From the NCBI GenBank assembly GCA_043228905.1, contig JBHGNT010000012.1:2914001-2978000 (forward strand): a stretch of 64,000 bases of DNA, given 5' to 3'. Positions 48,208-63,200 of the stretch are shown piece by piece. How positions within the stretch are numbered: the stretch's first letter is position 1; each line of letters opens with the position of its first letter. The notes under the pieces are model-generated. The model saw nothing but the letters and a program-made list of their open reading frames with translations. It did not search any database and was not told where the DNA came from. Source of the DNA: Azolla caroliniana (Eukaryota > Plantae > Polypodiophyta). Both the position numbers and the translations under genes were made by a program.

Positions 48208-51200
48208 ATGAGCTGCAATACTCCTCGCGGCCCTCCCTCATTGTCTGCGCGTGAGTCACGCCTCCTGAAGAAGTGGGAGGAAATCGAAGCTTTGGAAGAC
48301 GATGAAGATAATGTCTCCGAGCGAGAGTTCACTCGCTGTAAAGAATCTTGGTATGTGCAAGAAAACTTAGAGTTTTCATATTTCCTTTTTTTTTTTTTTT
48401 TTGTTGCCATGGTGTCTCTGCACTCTCATCCCATGAACCTAACTAAGATAAGGAGAAGGAGGAGACATTCAATATGAGAAGGTGAAAAATGCAAACAAAC
48501 TTGATCATTTTGACAAACCTTTTACTATTTTCCATGGTTTCTCTGCACGTTTCATTCCTTATTAAAATCAAAGTAACGAGGAAAGGTTTAATTAAACTTT
48601 GTCTTTTGATAAGGCTTCTTTATAAAAGCTAAGATAACGGGGAAACACCTAATAAGACATGGCTAAATTTAAACTGAAAGACTCATGGTATTTTGATAAG
48701 CTCAGAGAAGCAAACATCCAATAAGGCACGACTTAAATGCTAATATTCTTGGCGTTTTGATAAACATTCTTGCATTCTGCCATTCTTTCTTTTGAAACTT
48801 TCATTCCTTGAAGCTAATATAGTAGGTAAGACAGACATATTAACATATTTTAAGCGGCCAAAATATAACATACCAAAGTGTCTTGTTAGCTAAGCTCATA
48901 AAATTGTTAAGTTAGATAGACTGAACCTTCTGCCTTCAAAAGATCTCTAACATGGGCCGATCTAAGATGGAAAGGTCTTCAAGGTAAGCAAAGCAAGCAC
49001 CCTCGGTGCTAGTTGATAACGCTCTTTATCAGTTGATGGCAAGGGTGATGGGGCCACAATTCCCATGGTCAGGACCTATGTGCACGTTAAATTGCTATTG
49101 CCTGATGTGTTGTAACCCATTTTGAATGCATTGATATTGGAACAGGGGTAGTACATTTATATCTAAGCCATCTCATTGGAACCAAACAAGCATTCAATGT
49201 GACACGTCTATAATGTTAAGAATATTGGTATTTTGACAGAACTTCTAATCTGTGTGTTTGCTCCTTAAAAAACTAAGATAAATAAACAATCATCCAAAGT
49301 CACGGTTAAAATGCGAAGAAGCTGAGTACTCTTACAAACCTTCCCTTTTTTGTTATGAAGTATTTTGCAAGTTTCATGCCACTATAGTCATTGAAAGTCA
49401 ATGAGCAACCATCCACGAAAGCAAGACTGAAATGTACCAATGCTATATGTAGTAGAATTTCACTCCATAATGCTATGTGCAAAATTCAGTTTAAATGATT
49501 GTAGCCGTATATGATGACTCTTAAGCAATGGATAATATGATGAAACAATGCTAAAATGAACTATCCATGGATGTTATAATGACTGTTGTATCTTAAATGC
49601 CACTTTTGAGGTTAGACAGGAATGATCAACATTTCTGTCTTTTGCTACTTATTCACAAAGTTTATGAAACTGTCAGAGGTCAGCCGACAAGTCAATGCAT
49701 TAATTACAAAAGAAAAGAAAATATCTCCCATAATTCGGTGTATTCTGATTGCCAGTTATTAGAGAGTATTTGAATGGAAACATATTCCCTACATGCATGC
49801 ATGTATACACGCACATACACACACACTCACACACATACACACATACACACATACACACATACACACATACACACATACACACATACACACATACACACAT
49901 ACACACATACACACATACACACATACACACACTTGAAACCTTTTATTTTGTAAATACTTTTGAAACAATCTCTCAACAGTTTGAAATCACAAAAGGTACG
50001 GAGAAAATAAATTTTTATCGTGACATTCTTTCTTGGGGTACATAATACTTATTTTCTTGTTAACACATGCACGCTGGAACATATCATGTAGATATGACTG
50101 CTGATGTGTATGATGCATCTAATTGCATGATATTGAGTAAAATCTAAATCAGAGAGCATATAATGTTTGTATATGGATATGATGTTTTAACCTGTGCTGG
50201 TCATGTAATCAGAATATTGTCAGTTTATATAGTGCTATTGTCTGAGTCAAATTTGTGTAGTTACCAATGATGTACTCAGCTTGCAGTGCTAGCTTTGCAG
50301 CTAACCAGGCTTTAGACTTTTATGCGTTTTGTTCGTTGCTGTAATGAGAACCAATTTCAGGATTTATGAATTCTCTGCAGGTTCGGTCAGGCATATACGT
50401 TTCTTCAAGATCTTCCTGAAAACGAACATTGTTGGTGTGGGCATTATGATATTACGTGGCCCCTATTGGAACTTTTCTACTATTATTTCACAGATTCTGA
50501 AAACAATTCGTCTTCAAAGATTTTGTGGCAAAGGCTCTCTTCTGAAATGAGAAAATGCACAGAGTGTGTTCTGCAGTATTACAAAGCAAAGGAAATGTAT
50601 GCAACAGATTTTCTTGAAGAAGTAGTGTGCAGTTTGCTCGCAGTGTTGAGATCTCTCGATGAAGAGCGGGTATCAAAACACTTGCATGAGATTTTGTGCA
50701 AGATGCGAAACAACAGCTTGAACTCGGAAAATGATTGTGGCGAGCTAACATGCGTGCTATTTGAGGTGAAAATCTCACCTTACTGATAGATATTTTGTGG
50801 TGGATTAGGATCATACTTATAGATATTTTGTATTTGATAGAATACTTAACTTTAAATGGTCTTCTACCTATAGGCACACCTTGAAACTGACTGTTATGCT
50901 CAAAAGGTTTTTAAATTCATTGTCCTTAGTGGTCATGAATGAGAGGACATCGGTAAGCTGTATTCATTGTTTGGGTCTCACAGACTGTTGTGGCCTCTCC
51001 TAGTTGATAATATTCTCTCTCCAAAAATGGAGAGGAAAAGAAAAACGAGTAATACATTTGTTCAAATGCAACCATTAGAGGCGGCTTAGAAGTTGAAATG
51101 CAGGTTATGCGGTTCCCTATGTTACTGGATGATGCTGAAATTGACAAATTATTTGCTACTTTCCTTCAATATGTTGAGAATACGTATGAACTTACCCTTG

Positions 51201-54200
51201 CAACTGATCAATTCTACCCGGTAAGATGTAGAAATGGGATATATTCCATATATGCTTTAAATTTGACCAAAGGAAAATGTTAAACTAAATCAAACCCCTC
51301 GCTACTTTTAGGGGGTCTATGCTCTTCTTTTCCACACTGATCAAGCTACACGAGGGATTGCCCTTCGTCTTGCAACATCATTTGGAAAGTTAAGGTAAAT
51401 ATTATTTGCAATTTCCTTTTTCATCTGCACTATGGAACCTAAAATACCTGGCATTTTTCAGGGTTGCAAGTGACTTGGAACCTATTCAACCTTTGTTAGC
51501 AAAGCACATGCAGTGTCTTGAATTTGATCTGTTTGAAGAAAATAAATCATTCATGGAGGAAGCAGCCAGAAATAAGGATGCAATATCTGCTGTTATGAAC
51601 AGTAGGCCTAGAGCTCGATTCACAAAGGAATCCTTATGGATTGGATTAAAAACTCTGTATGCAACAATTCTGCCCTTAATACATAACCTTATTGGGGGAT
51701 TCCTTGACCTTTTTCATGGTTGTAAATCTGTCATATATCTATAGGCTTATTTATGTTTGGAAAACTGTCTTATATTTCCAGACTTGGAGTGCTAGAACCA
51801 GCTGCATTTGAGGAGGCAATTATAGAGCGGTATCCTTCCTTACTTAGTCTAGTTTTGAATCATGCCAGTGAAGCCACTCCAGTGTTTTGGAATGCCCTAT
51901 TTTGCCTTAAGTTGCTACTTGAGGTTTTAGGTAAGTTTTCTATACTTGTCATAATTTTATTAGGCCATTCAATATGTTTGGAGTCTAGTCTATCTGATTC
52001 TGTAAATGGAAAATTCCGATGCATGTTACCTTACAGGTTACAAACTTTGGATCAAGACTACATTTTCGCCAGAAGTAATGCGGAGCACATTGATAGGCCA
52101 ATGCTTCCATACATGTGAAGAGAAAATGCATAAAGCTATTTTTGACCTTTTTCAACCTTTCTTACAGGTCCGTGAATTAAAAGAAAATCCAGTGAAATCT
52201 CCAACCTGTTCTATTTCAATAACCGATTCTTTCCTGATAATTGATTTCTTACTAATTTAGTCATTGGAGGCTCTTCAAGATGGAGAGTACGAAAGACAAC
52301 GTAGAAATGTACTCTATTTTCTTCTTCAACAAGTTAGTCACAGCAGAAATTTCAGTGGTTTGATGAGAAAAAAGGCCCGGCAGGTCAAATCTTCTGAGAG
52401 TAATCTTGATCATCCATGCATATCGTGCATTTTCATATCGAGAAAAGCTAATTTGTGTAAGAATATTACATTAATAGAAGAAGAAATATTGGTATATTGG
52501 CAATTGTACTGTCTGCCTAATATTAGAGAATTGATTTAGAACAAGTTTCAGAATTTGTTTTGCACGTGCGTGCGTGGAGATTGATATCCCATATGGAGAT
52601 TTTGTCTTGCATGTATTTGACTGTTTGTACATATAACAATCTTCCAAGGATGGATTTGTCTTTCACAGATGTGTATGTAGGGAGGTTATGTTGCATATGG
52701 ATGATTCTCTTATTAATTTTTGTATGCTGATACATATATACTTTAATGCTGGTTATACAGATTGCATTCCTTATTGTCACACGAGGTTACCAGATGGCAC
52801 CAGCTTCTCCTCCATTGGAGTGTGTGCATGTGTGGTATCGTTTCTTAAAATCTCCCTTAAGAAAAGTTATTTGCAACGTGCTTCTATTACTGGAAGTTTG
52901 TATAACTTGTTTTAGCAGCCAAATGCTTATTACTCTTATAAATATGTTCAAGAAAATTTATACAGCTTTGGGTCTTTATAATCATACCAGAGTATTTTGG
53001 CAATGAGATATGAGAGGAACATCGGGAAGTGTCATATCCATTTTGAGTCGAAATGTTAAATCCCCCACAAATCGAAGCGCAAATGAACCAAGAAAACTTG
53101 GATCAGATCATACACATGGAATTGTGTTGACACATCCTTGAAAATGTTGGTTACCAATACGTACATTTGAAGTTTGGCAAGGATGTTCGTGTCCCTGCTT
53201 ACATTCTTCTTGAAAAGGATGACGAAATCTTCTTATGATACACAAGATGGAGATAAAGAAAGTAGTGTTAGCTTTTTGTTAATGAGCTGCCGTAGTTGTA
53301 TTGTCGTCTTTGAACAACAATTGGCAGATCCATTTTTCCATAGATTTGTGTGCGTACTTATGGCTATCTCAATTTCTAGCTGATGTGAAGAGGTTCCGAC
53401 CTGTCCTATCACACTACAGAGAGGATGATGAGGTAGATGTGTATCCATATAAGTGTTGATGATAAATCCATCCTGCGACATGTGTAAAAAGAGTGTGCCT
53501 TATAGTGGGTCATTTTCCTTCTAATAGGTGTTGTTTGGCTGCTCTACATTGTTTCGGTATCCAACTTAATGATATCAGTTTGGGTAACTCTTTTCTTTTG
53601 CAATTTGGTCATGCTTCGTTGTAGAAAATCCAAGCTATATTGGAATGTAGCTTTCAAATCTGTTTTATACTAGTCACTGATCAGAATAATGCCTTGGTCA
53701 CTGTTGGGGCGGCTCCCATCTCCACCCATACATATATTATGGGGCATCAATGCTTTGTTGCTTATCATGTGTGCAATAATTGAGACTAAAGGTCTCACAT
53801 AACCTATCTTGTTATGTGCTCTATGAAGGCTTGATCCCCAAATTTCTTCTCCTTGGAGAAGAGCCAGTGTTACGAGTGTATCAAACAGCCACAACTTAGT
53901 TCATGGTTCTTGGAATTGTATGTGCGCAGTCTTTCAAAGGCACCAAGGATGCACATGAAATGTTCCTAAGATTTGACCTCTTCTTCACATAAATTGCGAA
54001 GTCTTGCAACTCAAGGTAAGCAAAGTGCTTGACTTGCTTTGATCTCTAGCCGATGGAAGGAAACTCTGAGATGCCCTATTGCTTTTTGAACAGTGGGGCA
54101 TGTGGATGTCTATGGAATGTGGTCTCAGGATGAATTCATCCTGTGAGAAGCTCATGAAAAGGTGTTTTTAGTAAGCCATCTTTGTGGGAAGAGGCTCCCT

Positions 54201-57200
54201 TGATGCGGTCCAAGTCTTTTGGGTATCCAGTTGCAGGTCTTATCACCATACCTTGTTCCACTCATCAATTTGGAGAGGGTTTAGGGTATCATAAAGATGG
54301 CAAGTTCTCGATGTTGAGTTCATTGTGCTTGAACCACTTCATTACATATGAGTACAACGATCCTTCTCCCTGATCTGTTAATAGTGTCGAGTTCAACTTC
54401 AAGCACTACTTAATGTATTGTGTGAGGCCAATTATGGTCATCAGATAGTTCTCTGGTTGAATGAAGCTCCTGACTTAGTGAAAGGCACAATTGTGTGCAT
54501 GGTCCATGTGTTGGGAAGCCCCTCTACCAAGACCTTATTAGACATGTGTGAGGATATGGAGTGAGCGTGCGTGCAGTAGACATGAGGTGTTCACCTTGTT
54601 TTCTTGTGTGATTGGACAATCATCCATGTTAACAGTGCCTGATGGCTGGTGTTCACAATATTGTATGATATGAAGAAGGTAGAGCTAGTATGGTGCGATT
54701 TTACTGGTTGTATGGGTGGTTGGTGAGGCAACTACTACTACCATACACTGACTATTTCGTACATCCTCAATGTCAATAAAAACGGATGGAAAGATTGGTT
54801 TTCTGGTAGTCTGCAATATGGTGAGTAAATAACTTTGCTTGTGAGATTGCAGGCATAGGCAATTAGTTATGCTTCACTATGGTCCAAGTAGGATATTTGT
54901 GCTTGATGGTATATTTTGTAGTTTTTGGAAGATTATGAATTTTTATCATTTGTTTACAAATCTGGTATTACCTGTTGCTAACATCAGCATTGTTTTCAAT
55001 TGAGCTTTGTTATTGCTGTGGGCTCAAACATCGAAACTAATGATAACACAATTTCTTGTGTTGCACAGGGGTCCTCCTCTTCTTGAATCCGTCAAAGACA
55101 CCCAACTATATGACGCTGTGAGGCAGCCTGCCATTCATCTTCTAGAGATTATTATCGTTGCAGATTCAGTTGTTCTTGCCAGCCTGGACTCGAGGGATAC
55201 AAAGATTAGTGACAACTTCATAGAGATGAATGACGAAGATGTTGATGATTTGAATAAAAGAATCGAAACAATGTTTGAGAACAATAGATTAAGGGAATAC
55301 AAAGGATTAGATAAACTCACAGAAGAGAGGGACAATTGGCTATGTGCCCCAATTCTGTGGGTAGAAATATTGGGGAAAGTTCTGCCTTCTGAACTTCCCG
55401 ACTCTTTTTCACTGGCAGTGGCCTGGGCATCTGCACGGATGTTTCTTGTTTCAAGTGCCAATCCTATTTTGTCTGGCAACTGTTTTCCAGATAGATATCC
55501 TGAGGTTACCTCGTCAAAAGCTTTATCATCTTCCCTCATCTGGGAGACACCTAAAGGTTGTGATGATGGTGCTGATGGGCAATTACTCCCTAATGCAGTC
55601 AAGGTTTCCTCTCATGGTTCTCAACTGGTTTCGTTACTAAAACGGTGAGCAACTTTCTTGGTCTGCTACGATCATCAATATGGTGGACATTTACAATGTT
55701 CTAAAGATTCTTTTCTCATGGTTTCTGAAGGGGTACAGATACTTATATGAGCCATCTTAAACAGTGCAACATAGTGGAGAAGTGGATTTGGAATCCATTA
55801 TTTGCAGAAGCTTTGGTTCTTTTATCTTTAAGCTCAAACGAGGCAAGGTTTTTGGTCTTATCTGAACACTATTTAAGTTCATGTAAATTCTGATCTTTAA
55901 TTTTCTGTTGTTCCTTCGACAGAATATCAAAGATTGTGGTAGATACATACTAGGACATTTTGCCAGGGATTCTGGTCTTGATGCTGGATTGGTATTTTTG
56001 TATGCCGCTGAAGCTTCAGCCACTTGCGTGAATAGTGGGCTACTTTATGCAACAAGAATGGTTTGTATATTTGTGTCCAAGCATTCACATGTAGGACACT
56101 GATGCCACTTGCGTGAATAGTGGGCTACTTTATGCAACAAGACTGGTTTGTATATTTGTGTCCAAGCATTCACATGTATGACACTGATGGAATCAGGAGT
56201 AGGTGCTGATACTAGAACAATCAAATATCTTGACTTGTGTGTGTGGGCTATAGTATGTGTGCTGATAAACAAAACATATTTGTGTTTGTGTGATATGTAT
56301 ATACATACACAGATGTATATTCAATGACTTTACAATATTTTGAAGAAACTGAGAAGCAAGGAAATGTGATGGGTGCAGTTAATGCTGACCAGATTGGATG
56401 GAGGTCCACTTCAAAACATTTTATTTCTTGCTTGGAAACTGGTGACCCTGTGGACAAAAGCTGAAAGTGCTGATCAAGCAGCTAATGTTTCAACACCTAA
56501 TAAAGAGGGAGGTTTTTTAAAAGATTTGAAATATGATCAACTGTTGAAGGTTGAAAACACTGGTGTCTCAATGGGAATTTCATCAAGGAGGAAATTTCAA
56601 CATGAACTTTCAACTTTTCTCTGGCCACTCCTTCTGAAACTGATGAGAGATGGACGCCATTACTCTGAAGATAATACTTATTTGGTATGCCGGAAGAGCT
56701 AATTTATATTTAGTCTTATCTCAGTTAGAAATTATGCACAGATAGTTATGATCATCTGTGTGTCTTTTAGATGTCATTTGCACGCATGTTTGACGTGCTA
56801 CCAGTAGTTTTCCAAAATGTTCTACATCTAGCAAAAAGACCAGCTGAGGGCCTTCTGTCCAGGTGCTATGGAGATTTGCAGGGAATATACTCTATTGGCA
56901 CAACATCTTGGATAGTTCACTTTATAAGTTGGGGAGAGGTCTCTGTAGCAAGCATACACAGGAGATGGAAAGAAGCCTTAGTCTCAATTCTGAATCACAT
57001 GAAGGAAATATGCTCCTTACCAGAATCACAGTCTCATCTCTTTGAGGAGATTCAAGGCTGGTTAATGAGAGGTATCTTGTACTACAATCCCCAACTTCTG
57101 AAATCCTCATTAGCTATCTTTTAATTCTGCCTGAATGAAATATTCTGACTGTATATGTATATTTTGATCAGGAACCATTTTAAGAGATTCAATGAGAAGC

Positions 57201-60200
57201 AAAATAGAGTCATTGTTCCATACCATGCTGTTAGAGATTAGAAAGGTTGAGCTGCCCTTAGACGTGATAGATTCAGTGAATGTAGGAGAAGGAAAACATA
57301 TTAATGACGAAGGTATCATTAAGCAAACCATGAAGGAAGATGTAATCGTGTCACACACTATTGAAAGCAAGCCCTTCCTTGTTCATAACCCTTCAGAGAA
57401 GATTGGTTCTGCAAGAAAAATGCTGGAGATCACTGATGATGAATTGGCCAGCAGTGTTCAAACCTTGCCTGATCATGAAATTCCTCAGAGACCAAGACAT
57501 TTGCATCCTGTATCAATGCAGAAACAGCTAGGCCTTTATGGTAGTAGTCAAGGCAGCAAGAATACTACCCTTGATAGATACTTTGGTATCTCTGGACGAA
57601 ATAATCTAGCAATGAACTTGAAAGGTGAGAATCATTCTACTTCTCATACTGATAAATTTAACATTCCACAGAATACGATGGAAAAGATAGTTGAAAGAAA
57701 GATTTTCCCTGGAAAGATGGATGATCCTAAGCATTCTTTTGGAAAGAAACCCGTCCAAGACAAACAAAATGCAACAAAGACTCTGCCCAGAAAGCTGGAT
57801 GATAACAAACAGTCTGATAAGAAGCCTGGTCCGAATTTGCACAATGAAAAAGAGCCAAATAATGTTGATATTACTAGGAAATGTGAGAAAACAGAAACTC
57901 TGGATTCAGTTTTGAAGGAGATTGTGGAAGATGAATCAAACAGTGCTTTAAAAAGCAGTGTGACAGTACCTTACACAAAGTCTTTGCCAGTGTTTCCAAA
58001 GAAAGGTTTGAGCATAGGTTCTATTTCTCAGCCTAAGCGCCAGCTTATACAGTTGCAGGTTCCCAATGAACATCTCAAAAATAATGGCAGAAGGCCTGGA
58101 TTAACAATAAGGCCACCACCTCCAAGGATGGATGAATGGTATAAGCGCATCCTCTGTCTAGACTACTTTGCTGTGGTGGGTTTGAGTTCAGAAATTACTG
58201 CTGAAGGTCTTCAGGCTGAGGCAATGCTGAAAGTTCCATTGACTTTTCGGTCCTCTCAACATTATATGGATATTTTTCGTCCACTAGTTCTTGAAGAGTT
58301 TAAAGCACAACTGCAGCAAAGTTATGATCAGATGAGTCTATCTGATGGAACGACGACGTGTGTTTTGCGTTTGATGTCTTTAGAAAAAGTAGATGATTTT
58401 GATGTTGGCAGGTTTACTGCTGATGCAGGTGCTGATGCACCTGCAAGAGCATGCTTTGAAAATGATTTGTTGCTCATTTCACGACAACCGTTTGATGATA
58501 GCTCTCAAGCTGTTCATATGATTGGGAAGGTACCTGAATGAATTAAACCATTAACATTTATCTCCAATTCTAGTACTTTTGTATTACAATAGGGACAAAC
58601 ATGTCTGGTATTGCAGGTGGAACGGCAAGAGAAAGACAATAACAACCACTCAGTTAAGTTAGTTCTGAAATTTTTTCTTCGCACAGGAAATAAACGTCTA
58701 GTCAAGGTACGCAGTCTCCTGCTAGAAAGAAGTAAATGGCATGCAACTCGGTTGATGAGTATAACACCACAACTAAGGGAGTTTCAAGCTCTTTCAGCTC
58801 TAGAACACCTTCCTCTAATGCCAATTATACTGAACAATAGATCTTCTGAGATTTCTAATTCTGAAATCTCAGCACTGAACACTCAAGCTCTGGCAAGGCT
58901 TTCTGATAAACTTCAGATAAAATTGAAGGTAGATTATAATGCAAGCCAAATTCAGGCGATTGAGATGGCTCTTCAGTCAACTGTATCGGCCAATGGTCAT
59001 GAGCTGTCTTTAGTGCAGGGTCCTCCAGGTTTCCATTTTTTCTATTTTGCACATTCATCTCAAAATATTCAGCTTGACGTTTAAGTTGTTTGGTAAATCA
59101 TTTTTCTCCTAAAGAAAAGTTGCAAAATACTGTCCAGGCACAGGCAAAACACGTACAATTGTGGCAATAGTAAGTGCATTGTTTGCTTCTATAAGAAACT
59201 CAAAAGGAAATAAAATAAATGCAAAAGAGGACAGTTCATTAAAAACTTCTCATACAAGTGCAAATAGGAATGTCAGCCGAAATGTGGCCATTGCAAGGTC
59301 TTGGCAAGCTGCTGCATTAGCCAGAGAACAAGTAAATCAGGAGACATCTGAAAGTGTTCCCAGAGATAGAGATGTAAAGGTGAGGATTCTGGTGTGTGCA
59401 CAATCCAATGCGGCAGTGGATGAACTTGTTGCCAGGATACGTAAAAATGGTCTATATGATTCAAGTGGTGGATTTTTCAGACCTTACTTGGTGCGAGTTG
59501 GGAATGCAAAAACTGTCCATCCAAATTCTTTGCCTGTGTTCGTTGATACACTAATCGAAAAGCAATTGGAATCTGAGAAAGAAAATACCGATGCTGGAGG
59601 GCTGGAAATGGAAATGAGTAAAACTGGACTACTAAGATCCAAGCTTCACAAAATCCTTGATAATATAAAAATGCTTGAAGCCCAGCTTTCCAAACTGCAA
59701 AATAGTGATACTAAGGGTAAAAAAGGTGTTGATCACAATGATACTGAAGCATCCATCAAAACCAATGTGAATTTACTCTATAAACAGCGGAGACAAGTTT
59801 GTGGAGAATTAGCTATTCTTGAAGCAGGTGAGAAACAGTTAGTCGAGGAAGCAAGGAACAAGCGTCAGTCATTGAAGAAGGAAATTATCCGACAAGCTGA
59901 AATTGTCATAGCCACATTAAGTGGGTGTGGGGGGGACGTGTTTTCAGCTTGTTTGGACAAAGGCTGTGGTGGGCGAAGGCAACCTAGGAACCTTGAGGAG
60001 GGTTTGTTTGATGCTGTTGTAATTGATGAAGCAGCTCAGGTATCATTTGCATTTGACAGGTGTGGAATTTCCATAGATGCATTATGCATTGTTTGCTGAA
60101 TATCTAATGCATTACCCCTTGAAGGCATTGGAACCAGCAACACTTATTCCACTACAACTGCTAAAACAGATGCAGGCAAAATGTGTAATGGTTCGTATTT

Positions 60201-63200
60201 TGATGCAATTGCTCCATATTTTGCAGATTCTTCTCAATATGTCTAGTGATGTTCACAAAAAATCAATTTTCGAATTTGTTGTAGGTGGGTGATCCGAAGC
60301 AACTTCCAGCAACCGTGCTGTCACAGATGGCAAGTAGATTTTCATATCAATGCAGCATGTTTGAACGGCTTCAAAAAGGAGGACATCTTGTTTCAATGCT
60401 GAATGTGCAAGTAATGTGGATGTATCTCCTCTTTACTTATGTTGCATATATGTTATTTCCGTTTGCTTTTATGTGAGAAAGAAAGAAAGAAAGAAATATT
60501 AACGTCTTTTAAGAGGCCAAAATGGCATATAAGACCAAACAATAGATTACATGATAAATGTTGTCTCGTGTTTGAGAACAAGAAACCAAAATAAATATTG
60601 TTAAGTAAAGAAAAAAAGAATTAAAAGTAAATAAGATAAAAAATAACCAAAAAATCTGGTTATCAGTACATGTAATATTCTCAAGTCAGTTATATTGTAA
60701 TTTTTATCTTCGATAGATCTCTAGCATAGGTTGATCCAGAATAGGGAGGTGTCTGAATCTTTAACTGATGTGATGAAGTTTGCTGCCCTATCACTCTGCG
60801 CAGTGTATAGGATAGATGTATGTCCATATAAAATGGCCTGATGACGAATCCATCCTCCGATGTGTGTAAAACTTCTCTTATAATATCCAGTCAGATCACT
60901 CTTGAAAGTATGTTGCTCATCTTTAGATGGGGACAATCCAAGCTATATTGGAACGGGAGCAGTGCACTTATGCTATAATACAGTTTGTGGCTCTTGAAAG
61001 TATATATCCATTTCCTGCTTTGTAGATAAAGAGTTGGTGTGACAAGTATATCAAATGGCTACAATATAGTTTGTGGCTCTTGAAACTATATATGTGCACA
61101 TTGTCTCTTAAGAGCTCCTAGGACCTCATGTCCACAAGAAAGTCGAGCACATGAAGCGTTCTGTAAGAAGAACTGAGGCCCAGTGAATGTTACTCCTAGG
61201 TATGTGTATGATCATGTATATGCCACCTTTTTATTTCCCAAGAAGAACTCTGGTTCTAATCTTGTTACCCATTCTTATAGTGGTGCTAAATACCATCACT
61301 GACAAACCTTCATCCGAACAAAATAATATTAAGGCATTTAGATGTTTTAGTAATCTCTCCAGAGTGTCACAGTTCAACACAATATCATCAGCATAGCGTA
61401 TACTAATATTTGTATGGCTAGACATGCTCCTGTGAATCACCAAATGTCTCTATGTAATTTGATGCTTCATCTATATGGAGACCAAAAAGAGTAAGAATGC
61501 AGGGTCTGTATTTGCCATTTGTTGTAGTCCTGTCTGCATCTCTTTCTCTTGAGGCAATGAAAGCAGATGTTCTTGCTGTAGTGGTCATTATTATGTCCAG
61601 GCCATCATATTTTGGCCTCCATTACTGGATACATCACTTTAAATCTACACCCTTGACTGGTCAGTGATCAGAATAATGCCTTGGTCACTGTTGGGCCTGC
61701 TCTTGTCTCTTTCTGTTGTCCCTTGACATCTTATCATGCGGGCAATCATTCAGACACTCTCTCCAAATGTATCCAGTTATGTGCTCCATGGAGGCTCGGT
61801 CCTAAAACATTCTGCTCTTATTTCATTCTAGATTATGTAAGATGTTTTACCTCTTATCTTGTAAGGGTCTCTCCAAGTCTGTCCAGTTATGTGTTCCATG
61901 GAGACTCGGTCATCAAATCTCTGCTTTGTATAGAGGAGTTGGTGCTACAACTGTTTCGGACAACCAAAGCATTGGTTCATGAAATTGTAACTGCACATTG
62001 TCTTTTAAGGGCATCAATGATGTCCTTGTGAATGTTACATTCTTAGATATGTATTGGATGGTGTGAATGCCACCTTTTCCTCTCCCAAGAAGAATTTTGG
62101 TTCTGATCCTGTTACCATGCAGGCTGAGGTGAGGTCAGTTATGAGCTAGGTTGCATCTCATTAGACATTTTCCATGCTCTTTTAAACTGGTGTCAAGGCT
62201 GAGGTGAGGTCAGTTATGAGCTAGGTTGCATCTCATTAGACATTTTCCATGCTCTTTTAAACTGGTGTCAAGGCTGAGGTGAGGTCAGTTATGAGCTAGG
62301 TTGCATCTCATTAGACATTTTCCATGCTCTTTTAAACTGGTGTCAAGGCTGAGGTGAGGTCAGTTATGAGCTAGGTTGCATCTCATTAGACATTTTCCAT
62401 GCTCTTTTAAACTGGTGTCAAGGCTGAGGTGAGGTCAGTTATGAGCTAGGTTGCATCTCATTAGACATTTTCCATGCTCTTTTAAACTGGTGTCAAGGCT
62501 GAGGTGAGGTCAGTTATGAGCTAGGTTGCATCTCATTAGACATTTTCCATGCTCTTTTAAACTGGTGTACATCTGCCTTAAATTTATGAAAAAGGACTTC
62601 TTCCTTGTCTCCTGGTATTGGATGTTTTTGCTTACTTGTTTATTTTTACAGTCGATCCTCTAGGTTGCTTGTTTCAAGCACCTCATTGTATCCAGATATT
62701 CCTCATCATACCAACTATTTTGTCTGGCTCTACAATGTATGGGTGCAGTGCTGACTGGTGCAAGAAAATTTTCTGGGACAACAACAAACCAAAATAAATT
62801 TAGGTATAAACACACTAATAAAGCTTCCTAAGATGCCTTGGTTATTGCTCAAGCATTTTACTGAGGATATACACATGGGCATTCCACGTTCTTAAGAAAA
62901 ATGTAGATATTCCTGTTTGATAAGCATGTGATGCCTCAAGTATTGATGGACTAAAGCTTCAGCCTAAGGGTTCTCTGAAGCAAGGAAAGCACATTCCAGG
63001 TGGTGATGCCATGGTCCAGGTTGACCAGGTTTATGAGCACAACAGATTGCTATTGCTCAGTCTATGGTGACCTTTTAATGTTGCTCTGCTGATGTGGTTA
63101 TGTAACAATATTGGTGTTTATGTACTTGATTTCCAGCAAGAACTGTACGGAGCATCATTAGTTGTCATATTCCATTCCATTTCTAGTTCCAGAAAGCCAC

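Noticed and set aside
49700-50045. His/Thr and Cys/Val repeat ORFs
   Set aside because: Microsatellite translation within intron 1.
62121-62568. CRISPR array
   Set aside because: Head-to-tail identical units with no spacers.
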